A DNA stretch of 64,000 nucleotides, from positions 151,284-215,283 of the forward strand of contig NZ_JAQIJT010000001.1 in the NCBI RefSeq assembly GCF_036946125.1. Direction: 5' to 3'. A program made the position numbers and the translations under genes. The notes below the pieces were generated by a model. That model had not been told where the DNA came from and did no database searches. It saw only the letters and a list, made by a program, of their open reading frames with translations. This document shows positions 55,778 through 64,000 of the stretch, one piece after another; the first letter of the stretch is position 1, and each line of letters starts with the position of its first letter. The DNA is from Sphingomonas adhaesiva (GTDB lineage: Bacteria; Pseudomonadota; Alphaproteobacteria; Sphingomonadales; Sphingomonadaceae).

Positions 55778-56094
55778 CGGACACGAACTCCGGTGGGGAT
55801 GGCGAATGTCCACGCTAACGGCCCTGCCGCCGCCGTCCATACCGCAGGCGGACGGCGGGCATAGGGCACGGCTATGGCGCGACCGCCGGACGCCACCGTA
55901 TAGTCGCGGGCTATGGCCTCGCGAAGCGTTCGAAGCGCCGCGCCGCTTGACGCGTCCCGCGCCCGCCCGGCACCTTCGCCCATCGAAACCCGCCAGACCG
56001 CCGGCATCCAACGACCGGGGCGCGGGGATCGCGTCGCGCGGGAGCGACGGAAGGCCGCGCCCCGGCGGCGCGGTCAGCGAGCCATTAGGGGGCC

Positions 56095-59000
56095 ATGATG
56101 ACGATTGAGAGGCAGTTCGACCGCCGCAAGGCTTTCCTCGCCGGCTTCGCGAGCATGGCGGCGCTGGCCGTATCGCTCCCCGCCGCCGCGCAGGAGGCGG
56201 CGCCGACCCGCAACACCGCCACCGCGCAGGCGCCGGAGCCCGCGTCCGACAGCGGCGAGGCGGGCCCCGACGTCGTCGTGACCGGCACGCGCATCGTCCG
56301 CAGCGGCTTCGAGGCACCGACGCCGCTGACGGTGCTCAGCCGTGAGGACATCCAGAACGGCTCGCCGTCGAACAACATCGCGGACTTCGTCAACCAGCTG
56401 CCCGCCCTCGCCGGGTCGACCCGGCCGTCCAACTCGCGCCTCAACCTGTCGAGCGGGCAGGCGGGCATCAATGCGCTCAACCTGCGCAACCTGGGGCCGG
56501 AGCGAACGCTGGTGCTGCTCGACGGACGGCGGTCGGTGCCGTCGACGATCAACGGGCTGGTCGACATCAATACGCTGCCGCAGGCACTGATCGAACGGGT
56601 CGAGGTCGTCACCGGGGGCGCATCCGCCGCTTACGGCTCGGACGCGGTCGCCGGCGTGGTCAACTTCGTCCTGAACAAGAAGTACCAGGGGCTCAAGGTC
56701 GCGATCGACAGCGGCATCACCGAGGAAGGCGACGGCGGGAATTACTCGTTCCAGGTCGCGGGCGGCACCTCGTTCGCCGGTGGTCGCGGCCATATCCTGC
56801 TGAGCGGGGAGGTCGCGCATCGCGACGGCATCTTCTCGGTCGACCGCGACTGGAACCAGATCGGCTTCCTCCGCTTCGAAAACCCGGCCTACAACGCCGC
56901 CACCAACTCCAGCGTCCCGCAGTACATCTTCGTGCGCGGCGCCGGGCCGACCAATTCCACCCCGGGCGGCATCATCACCAATTCCGCCGGCACCACGCCC
57001 AACGCGCTGCGCGGCCTCTATTTCGGGCCGGGCGGGCAGCCGCTGCAATATCAATATGGCGCGCTGACCTTTCCCGCGGTGAGCGGGTCGGCGGCACCGG
57101 CGCGGACCGTCGGAGGCGACTGGCGCGTCAACGATACGGGACGGCGCATCGGGCTCGATCCGCTCGACGACCGCTACGGCGTGTTCGGTCGCGTCAGCTT
57201 CGAGGTGGCGGACGGGGTCGAGCTGTTCGCGGAAGGGGCGTACAACCGCCAGCACGTCTTCTTCAACGCCGGGCCGAACCTGTCGACCGGCGCGGTGCTG
57301 AACGCCACCGGCTGTTCGGGCGCGGCGACCGCCGCGGCCGCGCCGCTGACCTGCAATGCCTTCCTCTACAATACGCTGGGACCCGCGCGGTTGCAGGGCG
57401 TGACGAGCGTCACCGTCGCCACGAGCTTCGCCGACCTGCCGTTCCGCGCGGTCGACAACAAGCGCGAGGCGCAGCGTTACGCGGTGGGCGCGGAGGGCGA
57501 TCTGAACCTGTTCGGCAAACGATCGCCGTGGAACGTCTATGCGCAATACGGCCGCGTGGATACGCGCGAGCAGCTGCGCAACATCCAGAACGTCACGCGG
57601 CTGAACAATGCCACGAGCGTCGCCTTCGCGCCGGTGGGCAACGCCGGCGGCTATGCGCCGGGCTCGATCCAGTGCCTCGTCAACCTGAACGCCAGCACCG
57701 CCGACGACGATCGCGCCTGCGTGCCGCTCAACCGGCTGGGGCTGGGCGTCGCCAACCCGGCGGCGATCCCGTACGTGCTGGGCGATCCCTACCGCGAGCA
57801 GCGGCTGCAACAGATCACCGCGGGCGCCAACCTGTCGCTGACGCCGTTCGCCACCTGGGCGGGCGACGTCAGCATCGCGGTGGGCGCGGAATATCGCGAG
57901 GAGAAGGTCAGCGGCTTCGTGCCCAGCGAGTTTCAGCCGGTTCCGGTGCGTGACGCCAGCGGCAACGTCACCGGCGCGACGAACCGCTGGTCGGTCGGCA
58001 ATTATCTGGCCAGCGTCGGGCGCTACGACGTCAAGGAAGCGTATCTGGAGACGGCGGTCCCGCTCGGCTTCGGGCTGGAGTTCAACGGCGCGGCGCGAGC
58101 GACCGACTATTCGACCGCCGGCTACGTCACGACATGGAAGGCGGGCGCGACCTGGCAGCCGATCGAGGACATCCGCCTGCGCGTGACGCGGTCGCGCGAC
58201 ATCCGCGCGCCCAACCTGAACGACCTGTTCCAGGCGGGCGCCGCCAACAGCGATTCGGTGACCAACCCCGGGTTCCAGGACGGCCGCGCCCCCGCCTTCA
58301 TCCCCGCGGGTCAGCCGCCGCAGTCGGGCTACTCCTATTCGGGCTTCGCCACCGGCAACACGCGGCTGGGCCCGGAGAAGTCCGACCAGTGGAACGTCGG
58401 CGCGGTGCTGACGCCGCGCTTCCTGCCGGGGTTCAACCTGTCGGTCGACTATTTCGACATCAAGGTGCGCGACGGGATCAGCACGTTCAGCGCACAGCAG
58501 ATCGTGAACCTCTGCTATCTCGGCAATACCGACTTCTGCGACGCGGTCAGCATCGATCAGTCGCGGACGCAGAACCCGGCGCAGCCGTATCTCATCATCG
58601 GCAGCCAGCCGTTCAACGCGGCGAGCCAGAAGGTGCGCGGGGTCGATATCGACGCCTCCTACCGCCTGCCGCTCGACCGGCTGTTCGGGGAGACCAACGG
58701 CGCGGTGACGGTACGCGGCATCGCCACGCGCTACATCGACAATCTGTTCGACAGCGGCGTGCCGCAGTCGATCGTGCTCAATTCGGTGGGCGTCAACAGC
58801 GGGCAGACCACGACGCCGACGTGGATCTACCGGGCGAGCGTCGCGGTCGACACCGACGATTTCTCGATCACCGCGGTGGGTCGCGGGGTGAGCGCGGGCA
58901 AATATGCCGCCAGCGGGATCGAGTGCCAGACGACGTGCCCGGTCGCGACGACCAACGTCCCGACCTATCAGTCGAACCGGATCGACGGCGTGTTCTATGC

Positions 59001-59184
59001 CGACCTCAACCTGACGCAGAAGGTGCGGTTCGACGGCGCCGAGGCGGAGTTCTTCGTCAACGTGACGAACCTGTTCAACCGCGATCCGATGCTGCTGCCG
59101 GAAACCGGGCTGGCAGCCAACAGCACCTATTCGGACCTGCTGGGGCGGCAGTTCCGCATCGGCATCCGCATGGAAACGCGCTGA
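56095..59184 (+). CDS. TonB-dependent receptor
   Basis: 1029 aa. Signal peptide, TonB box/plug (VVVTGTRI..., NLRNLGPERTLVLLDGRR, IERVEVVTGGASAAYGSDAVAGVVNF) and a beta-barrel with the C-terminal ...GRQFRIGIRMETR. Confidence 0.9.
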   Translation: MMTIERQFDRRKAFLAGFASMAALAVSLPAAAQEAAPTRNTATAQAPEPASDSGEAGPDVVVTGTRIVRSGFEAPTPLTVLSREDIQNGSPSNNIADFVNQLPALAGSTRPSNSRLNLSSGQAGINALNLRNLGPERTLVLLDGRRSVPSTINGLVDINTLPQALIERVEVVTGGASAAYGSDAVAGVVNFVLNKKYQGLKVAIDSGITEEGDGGNYSFQVAGGTSFAGGRGHILLSGEVAHRDGIFSVDRDWNQIGFLRFENPAYNAATNSSVPQYIFVRGAGPTNSTPGGIITNSAGTTPNALRGLYFGPGGQPLQYQYGALTFPAVSGSAAPARTVGGDWRVNDTGRRIGLDPLDDRYGVFGRVSFEVADGVELFAEGAYNRQHVFFNAGPNLSTGAVLNATGCSGAATAAAAPLTCNAFLYNTLGPARLQGVTSVTVATSFADLPFRAVDNKREAQRYAVGAEGDLNLFGKRSPWNVYAQYGRVDTREQLRNIQNVTRLNNATSVAFAPVGNAGGYAPGSIQCLVNLNASTADDDRACVPLNRLGLGVANPAAIPYVLGDPYREQRLQQITAGANLSLTPFATWAGDVSIAVGAEYREEKVSGFVPSEFQPVPVRDASGNVTGATNRWSVGNYLASVGRYDVKEAYLETAVPLGFGLEFNGAARATDYSTAGYVTTWKAGATWQPIEDIRLRVTRSRDIRAPNLNDLFQAGAANSDSVTNPGFQDGRAPAFIPAGQPPQSGYSYSGFATGNTRLGPEKSDQWNVGAVLTPRFLPGFNLSVDYFDIKVRDGISTFSAQQIVNLCYLGNTDFCDAVSIDQSRTQNPAQPYLIIGSQPFNAASQKVRGVDIDASYRLPLDRLFGETNGAVTVRGIATRYIDNLFDSGVPQSIVLNSVGVNSGQTTTPTWIYRASVAVDTDDFSITAVGRGVSAGKYAASGIECQTTCPVATTNVPTYQSNRIDGVFYADLNLTQKVRFDGAEAEFFVNVTNLFNRDPMLLPETGLAANSTYSDLLGRQFRIGIRMETR

Positions 59185-59195
59185 TACGGACCTCC

Positions 59196-59218
59196 GGGCG
59201 GGGGCCGCACCCCGCCCG
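59196..59218. terminator. GC hairpin between convergent genes (cgggcgggg-ccgca-ccccgcccg)
   Basis: 9-bp perfect stem. There is no U-tract. Confidence 0.35.
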
Positions 59219-59227
59219 CCGGCCCGC

Positions 59228-59677
59228 CTACGGCCGCAGCGTCGGCGTCAGCTCGCTGATGCGCACGCGGAAGGTCTCGACCTGGCTCTTCAGGATCGCG
59301 ATCTCCTCCAGCGTCATGCCCGATTTCGCGATCAGTTCCTCGCCCAGGCAGGCGCAGCGGTCGCGCATATCGCGGCCCTTTCCGGTCAGGCGCACCTGCA
59401 CCTGCCGTTCGTCCAGCGGGTTGCGCGACCGCTCCACCAGCCCCGCCGCCTCCAGCCGCTTCACCAGCGGGGTCACCGTACTGGATTCCAGCGTCAGCCG
59501 CTGCGCGATCGTACCGACCGTGCGTCCATCCTCCTCCCACAGCGCATGCAGGACGAGATATTGCGGATAGGTGATGCCCAGCGCGTCCAGCATGGGCTTG
59601 TACGTCCGCCCCACCGCCATGTTCGCTGCATAGAGCGAGAAGCAGAACTGGTCTTCCAGCGGTAACGTGCTGCCCAA
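59228..59677 (-). CDS. ohrR: MarR family organic-hydroperoxide-sensing repressor
   Basis: TTG start with GGAGA 8 nt upstream. Sensing Cys in [10 protein letters not shown], wHTH domain, and a C-terminal Cys (DRCAC). Divergent from ohr. Confidence 0.85.
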   Translation of the reverse strand: MGSTLPLEDQFCFSLYAANMAVGRTYKPMLDALGITYPQYLVLHALWEEDGRTVGTIAQRLTLESSTVTPLVKRLEAAGLVERSRNPLDERQVQVRLTGKGRDMRDRCACLGEELIAKSGMTLEEIAILKSQVETFRVRISELTPTLRP

Positions 59678-59726
59678 GGCGGATTCTCCGGTACGTCTCG
59701 CGAGCGCTATCGCACAAAGACGAGCC

Positions 59727-59790
59727 TTTACAAGGCCTCGCCGACCGCCCTAGAATATATTATTGCGGTAATCGATATTGCGATAATCAT
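59727..59790 (+). promoter_or_regulatory. putative ohr promoter (TTTACA-18-TAGAAT) followed by two contiguous 15-bp direct repeats (candidate OhrR operator)
   Basis: TTTACA at 59727-59732 and TAGAAT at 59751-59756. tattgcggtaatcga (59761-59775) and tattgcgataatcat (59776-59790). This is the most AT-rich stretch of the window. Confidence 0.45.
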
Positions 59791-59803
59791 GAGGAGCGAC
59801 CGG

Positions 59804-60229
59804 ATGTCCATCGACGTGAAATATCGCACCACCGCCACCGCCACGGGCGGCCGCGAAGGCCATGCGCGCAGCGACGACGGCGCGCTGGACGTGACGCTGT
59901 CGACCCCGCGCGCGCTGGGGGGCGCCGGCGGGGCCGGCACCAATCCCGAGCAGATGTTCGCCGCGGGCTATTCCGCCTGCTTCATCGGCGCGCTGAAGGT
60001 CGCGGGCCAGCAGCTGAAGGTGAAGGTGCCCGACGACACGACCGTCGTCGCCAGCATCGGCATCGGGCCGCGCGCCGCCGGCGGCTTCGGGCTGACCGCG
60101 GAGCTGACCGTCGACCTGCCGGAGATCGACCCCGCGACGGCGGAGCGACTGGTCGCCGCGGCGCACGACATCTGCCCCTATTCGAACGCGACGCGGGGGA
60201 ATATCGACGTGGGGCTGGCGCTCGCCTGA
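59804..60229 (+). CDS. ohr: organic hydroperoxide resistance protein
   Basis: Start is MSIDVKY (ATG 59804, with GAGGAG upstream). Catalytic Cys motifs GYSACF and DICPYSNA. Confidence 0.9.
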   Translation: MSIDVKYRTTATATGGREGHARSDDGALDVTLSTPRALGGAGGAGTNPEQMFAAGYSACFIGALKVAGQQLKVKVPDDTTVVASIGIGPRAAGGFGLTAELTVDLPEIDPATAERLVAAAHDICPYSNATRGNIDVGLALA

Positions 60230-60250
60230 CCGTTCACGGAGATATCGATC

Positions 60251-60757
60251 ATGTCCCGCATTCCCGGTACCGAGGGGTTCGTGCTGAACCAGACGATGCT
60301 GCGCGTGCGCGATCCGCGCGCGTCGCTCGCCTTCTACCGCGACGTGCTGGGCATGACGCTGCTCCAGCAGCTGGACTTCGCGGAGATGAAGTTCTCGCTC
60401 TACTTCCTGGCCTATCTGAAGGACGGCGAGGTGGTGCCGGAGCATCCGGTCGAGCGCGCGCATTTCATCTTCACGCGCGAAACCACGCTGGAGCTGACGC
60501 ACAATTGGGGGACCGAGAGCGATCCCGGTTTCGCCGGCTATCACAGCGGCAACGAGGAACCGCGCGGGTTCGGGCATCTGGGCGTGTCGGTTCCCGATGT
60601 CGCGGCGGCGTGCGCGCGGTTCGAGGAACTGGGCGTGCCGTTCAGGAAGCGGCCGCAGGACGGCGCGATGAAGGAGATCGCCTTCATCACCGATCCCGAC
60701 GGTTACTGGATCGAGATCCTGTCCCCCGCCGGCATGGCGCCCGCGCTACAGCAATAG
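60251..60757 (+). CDS. gloA: lactoylglutathione lyase (glyoxalase I, long eukaryote-like type)
   Basis: [39 protein letters not shown] and [10 protein letters not shown]. Confidence 0.9.
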   Translation: MSRIPGTEGFVLNQTMLRVRDPRASLAFYRDVLGMTLLQQLDFAEMKFSLYFLAYLKDGEVVPEHPVERAHFIFTRETTLELTHNWGTESDPGFAGYHSGNEEPRGFGHLGVSVPDVAAACARFEELGVPFRKRPQDGAMKEIAFITDPDGYWIEILSPAGMAPALQQ

Positions 60758-61525
60758 CCGCGCGCCGACGATCACCAGCACCACCGCCAGCGCGGGCGTG
60801 ACGAACCGCTCCGGCAGATAGCCGGTCAGTCGCGCCCCCAGCAGCACGCCCGGGATCGACCCCAGCAGCAGCGCACCCAGCAGCCGCAGGTCGATGTTGC
60901 CGATCAGCGCATGCCCGATCCCGCCGATCAGTGCGACCGGCACCGCATGGACGATGTCGGTCCCCACCAGCCGCCGCGCGGTCAGCCGCAGCGGGTAGAG
61001 CAGCAGCAGCAGCGTCGCCCCCAGCGCGCCCGCGCCGACCGACGTCAGCGTGATGAGCGTGCCCAGCAGCGCGCCGGCCGCCACCGTCAGCGCGGGCTGC
61101 CACCGCAGGAACGCCTGCGTCCGGGCCCCGTCCGCGCGCGCGAAGCGCGCCGCCAGCGCGCGGCGGAACGGCGTCGCCAGCCCCGACAGCAGCAGCGCGA
61201 CGCCCAGCGTGGTGACGATCAGCCCGTTCTTCTCCGCGGTCCGGCCATGCGCCGACAGCCACCAGAGGGTCAGCCCGACCGCGGGCAGGCTGCCCCAGCA
61301 CAGCCGCTTCACGATCTGCCAGTCGGTATTGTCCTGGCGGTGGTGCATCGCGCCGCCCGCCACCTTCGTGATCGCGGCGAACCACAGGTCGGTGCCGACC
61401 GCGGTCGCGGGCGCGACGCCGAACATCAGGATCAGCAGCGGCGACATCAGCGAGCCGCCGCCGACCCCCGTCAGTCCGACGATCGCACCGACCAGAAATC
61501 CCGCCAGCGTGCTCAGCCAGTCCAC
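60746..61525 (-). CDS. TauE/SafE family sulfite/anion exporter
   Basis: GTG 61525 gives [31 protein letters not shown]. Two internal repeats carry the GVGGG/SVGAG motifs. Confidence 0.8.
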   Translation of the reverse strand: MDWLSTLAGFLVGAIVGLTGVGGGSLMSPLLILMFGVAPATAVGTDLWFAAITKVAGGAMHHRQDNTDWQIVKRLCWGSLPAVGLTLWWLSAHGRTAEKNGLIVTTLGVALLLSGLATPFRRALAARFARADGARTQAFLRWQPALTVAAGALLGTLITLTSVGAGALGATLLLLLYPLRLTARRLVGTDIVHAVPVALIGGIGHALIGNIDLRLLGALLLGSIPGVLLGARLTGYLPERFVTPALAVVLVIVGARLLL

Positions 61526-61668
61526 TCTCGTCCCTTCGCGGTTCGGCCGCCCTTTGTCGCCTCGCCCGGCCGACGGCAATGGCAGAAAAGCTTGGGCGCC
61601 CCGCAGGTACGATGCGCGACCGCGGCGCGCCGGTGGCGCCGGACCGGGCCAGCCGCTATCGCAGACGC

Positions 61669-62580
61669 ATGACCGGAGCCGACATCGTCCCCGACAGCGA
61701 GCACCGCGGCCTGCTGTCGATCCTGCCGCCGCGCACGCGCGCCTTCGCCTCGCTCGCGCGGTTCGACCGGCCGATCGGCTGGTGGCTGTTGTTCTGGCCC
61801 GGTGCATGGGCGGTCGCGCTGGCGGGAGAGGTCGTGTCGCGCTGGACGCTGATCGCCTGGCTGCTGCTGGGCAGCATCGCGATGCGCGGCGCGGGCTGCG
61901 TCTACAACGACATCGTCGACCGCGAGCTGGACGCCAGCGTCGCGCGGACGCGCCACCGCCCGCTCGCCAGCGGCGCGGTGTCGCTGCGCGCGGCGTGGAT
62001 CTGGCTGGTCGCGCTGTGCCTGATCGGCTTCGTCGTGCTGCTGCAACTGCGCTGGCCCGCCGCGATCGTCGCGCTCGCTGCGCTCGCGCCGGTGGCGGCC
62101 TATCCCTTCATGAAGCGGATCACCTGGTGGCCGCAGGCGTGGCTCGGACTCGTCTTCTCCTGGGCCGCGCTGGTGGGGTGGACCGAAAGCTGGGGGACGC
62201 TCGGTGCGCCGGGGCTGCTGCTGTACGCCGGCACGATCTTCTGGGTCATCGGCTACGACACGATCTACGCGCTGCAGGACCGCGAGGACGACGCGCTGGT
62301 CGGGATCGGCTCCTCCGCGCTGGCGATGGGGCGGCATGTCCGCGCCGGGGTCGCGATATGCTACGCGCTGGCGGTGGCGGGCTGGGCGACGGCGCTGTGG
62401 CAGGTGCGCGCCGATCCGCTGGCGCTCGTCGCGCTGCTGCCCGTCGCCCTGCATCTCGCGTGGCAGGTCGCGACGCTCGACCCGGACGACGGCGATGGCG
62501 CGCTGCGGCGTTTCCGCGCCAACCGCTTCGCCGGGCTGCTGATGTTCCTCGCCTGCGCCGCGGTGGGCACGCGGCTCTAG
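61669..62580 (+). CDS. ubiA: 4-hydroxybenzoate polyprenyltransferase
   Basis: Start is MTGADIVPD (ATG 61669). RFDRPIGWWLL, NDIVDRELD and YDTIYALQDREDD Asp-rich motifs. The stop codon lies in the MITE terminal repeat. Confidence 0.85.
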   Translation: MTGADIVPDSEHRGLLSILPPRTRAFASLARFDRPIGWWLLFWPGAWAVALAGEVVSRWTLIAWLLLGSIAMRGAGCVYNDIVDRELDASVARTRHRPLASGAVSLRAAWIWLVALCLIGFVVLLQLRWPAAIVALAALAPVAAYPFMKRITWWPQAWLGLVFSWAALVGWTESWGTLGAPGLLLYAGTIFWVIGYDTIYALQDREDDALVGIGSSALAMGRHVRAGVAICYALAVAGWATALWQVRADPLALVALLPVALHLAWQVATLDPDDGDGALRRFRANRFAGLLMFLACAAVGTRL

Positions 62581-62791
62581 AACGTGTTTATGCTGAGTGG
62601 AGGCATCGTGATTGCCCTGTCGTGCTCGTCCGGCTGCGTCGCAGGGCAACCGCGCCGCGGCGGGCCGATTTTGGCCCGGGGCGGCGTCGTTCGTCGGTCA
62701 CGATGCAAAAGCATCGCCCGCTCCTCACTTCTTGCCCTGAACCAAAATCGACTCCGTCACGAGGCCTCCACTCAGCCTAAACACGCTCTAG
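62577..62791. mobile_element. 215-bp MITE-like element with ~28-bp terminal inverted repeats
   Basis: The left end is ctagaacgtgtttatgctgagtggaggc and the right end is gcctccactcagcctaaacacgctctag, with 26 of 28 positions complementary. CTAG occurs at both extremities (either part of the TIR or a 4-bp duplication). The interior has three small hairpins, no ORF, and lower GC. Confidence 0.6.
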
Positions 62792-62823
62792 CAACCGGCC
62801 CGCACCGCCCCTAAGTCGGGGAT

Positions 62824-64000
62824 ATGCTGACCCCGGATCAGGCGCAGGAGCGCGCCCACGACATCGTTCGCCGCGCCACCGCCGCCGGGGCCGATGCCGC
62901 CGACGCCGTCTTCGCCGCGCATGCCTCCACCGACGTGTCGGTGCGGCTGGGCAAGCTGGAGGATGTCGGCCGGTCGGAGGGCGAGGACCTGGGGCTGCGC
63001 GTGTTCGTCGGGCAGCGCTCCGCCAGCGTATCCACCTCCGACCTGTCGTCCGCGGCGATGGACGCGCTGGTCGAGCGCGCGGTGGCGATGGCGCGCGAGG
63101 CGCCGGAGGACCGCTGGGCGGGCCTCGCGCCGAAGGAGCGGCTGCTCCACGGCGCCGCGCCGCTGCTCGATCTCGCCGACCATGCCCAGGTCACGCCGCA
63201 GGCGCTGCGCGACGCCGCGACCGCGGCGGAGGATGCCGCGCGCGCGGTCGCCGGCGTCACCAACAGCGAGGGCGGCGGCGCGTCCGCCTCGTCCAGCGTC
63301 TGGGCGCTCGCCACCAGCCACGGCTTCGCCGGCGCCTATGCCACCACCGGCTACGGCCTGTCGGCCAGCGTCATCGCGGGCGAGGGCGCGGGGATGCAGC
63401 GCGACTATGCGCACCATTCCAGCCGCCATCACGCGCGGCTCGACGCGCCGGAGACGATCGGCCGCACCGCGGGCGAGCGCGCGGTGGCGCGGCTGAACCC
63501 GGCACGTATCGCCAGCGGGGCGATGCCGGTGGTGTTCGATCCGCGCGTCGGCGCCAGCCTGATCGGGCACCTGATCTCCGCCATCGGGGGCAGCGCGATC
63601 ACGCGGCGGACCAGCTTCCTGCTCGACGCGATGGGGACGCAGGTCTTCGCGCCCGGCATCGCGATTCAGGACGATCCGCAGCGCCCGCACGGGCTGCGCT
63701 CGCGTCCGTTCGACGGCGAGGGGCTGCCGGTCGGCCCGACCGCGATCGTCAGCGACGGCATGCTGGAGACGTGGCTGCTCGATTCCGCCTCCGCGCGCCA
63801 GCTGGGGCTGGAGCCGACCGGCCATGCCGCGCGCGGCATCGCGGGCGCGCCGGGGGTGTCGAGCAGCAACCTCTACATGGAGGCGGGAAAGGTGCCGGTC
63901 GCGACGCTGATCGGCGACATCGTGCACGGCGTCTATATCACCGAGCTGATCGGTCAGGGCGTCAATCCCGTCACCGGCGACTACAGCCGCGGCGCGGCCG
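62824..64000 (+). CDS. pmbA: TldD/PmbA family metalloprotease (PmbA-like); 3' end beyond the window
   Basis: My own translation is MLTPDQAQERAHDIVRRATAAGADAADAVFAAHASTDVSVRLGKLEDVGRSEGEDLGLRVFVGQRSASVSTSDLS... through ...GVNPVTGDYSRGAA. It is absent from the track because no stop lies in the window. Confidence 0.85.
   Translation, partial: MLTPDQAQERAHDIVRRATAAGADAADAVFAAHASTDVSVRLGKLEDVGRSEGEDLGLRVFVGQRSASVSTSDLSSAAMDALVERAVAMAREAPEDRWAGLAPKERLLHGAAPLLDLADHAQVTPQALRDAATAAEDAARAVAGVTNSEGGGASASSSVWALATSHGFAGAYATTGYGLSASVIAGEGAGMQRDYAHHSSRHHARLDAPETIGRTAGERAVARLNPARIASGAMPVVFDPRVGASLIGHLISAIGGSAITRRTSFLLDAMGTQVFAPGIAIQDDPQRPHGLRSRPFDGEGLPVGPTAIVSDGMLETWLLDSASARQLGLEPTGHAARGIAGAPGVSSSNLYMEAGKVPVATLIGDIVHGVYITELIGQGVNPVTGDYSRGAA

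Noticed and set aside
55778-56094. Riboswitch or other leader upstream of the TonB-dependent receptor.
   Set aside because: I looked for a cobalamin B12 box and for TPP-like motifs and found none. The only feature is a possible TTGACG -35-like hexamer, which is not enough to call anything by eye. A covariance-model scan would be needed.
60746-60757. 12-nt convergent overlap of the gloA and TauE-family 3' ends (and the 4-nt pheA/UdgX-like overlap at 1531-1534).
   Set aside because: Short convergent 3' overlaps are common in compact GC-rich genomes. There is no structure or motif suggesting a special function.

Overview
This is a high-GC chromosomal segment that looks alphaproteobacterial and Sphingomonas-like, judging from gene content, a permuted two-piece tmRNA and the repeat families. 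It is densely packed, with about 60 supportable CDS, mostly housekeeping: cytochrome c, pheA, smc, DsbA/DsbB, mutY, nudC, coq7, ctpA, envC-like, rlmH, rsfS, nadD, proA, msrB, ligA, gshA, rsmE, wecB/wecC, gnd-like, dacB, ohrR/ohr, gloA, ubiA and pmbA. Many gene junctions are 1-nt or 4-nt stop/start overlaps, which helped fix start codons; the long ORFs in the supplied track are often out-of-frame or antisense shadows typical of GC-rich DNA. There are no rRNA genes and no CRISPR array, and I saw no tRNA in the intergenic regions I read by eye. Items worth a second look: (1) a radical-SAM / hemerythrin / DUF4130-UdgX-type cassette carrying a perfect alphaproteobacterial LexA box (GTTC-N7-GTTC); (2) a ~275-bp unit repeated about three times between a GT87-like membrane gene and smc, with interleaved long inverted repeats and an intrinsic-terminator-like hairpin in each unit; (3) a ParE/antitoxin pair translationally welded into the proA-nadD-rsfS-rlmH operon; (4) a 13-kb locus that reads as an N-acyl-D-amino-acid / peptidoglycan-peptide scavenging system (TonB receptor, Ntn acylase, D-aminoacylase, DUF1611 plus epimerase, symporter, LysR, PBP4); (5) a two-piece tmRNA with a small coupled two-gene module beside it; (6) several dispersed palindromic repeat families, one of which shows an inverted central loop between copies, plus a 215-bp MITE-like element that supplies the ubiA stop codon. 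All functional calls rest on motif and family recognition by eye. No database search was run.
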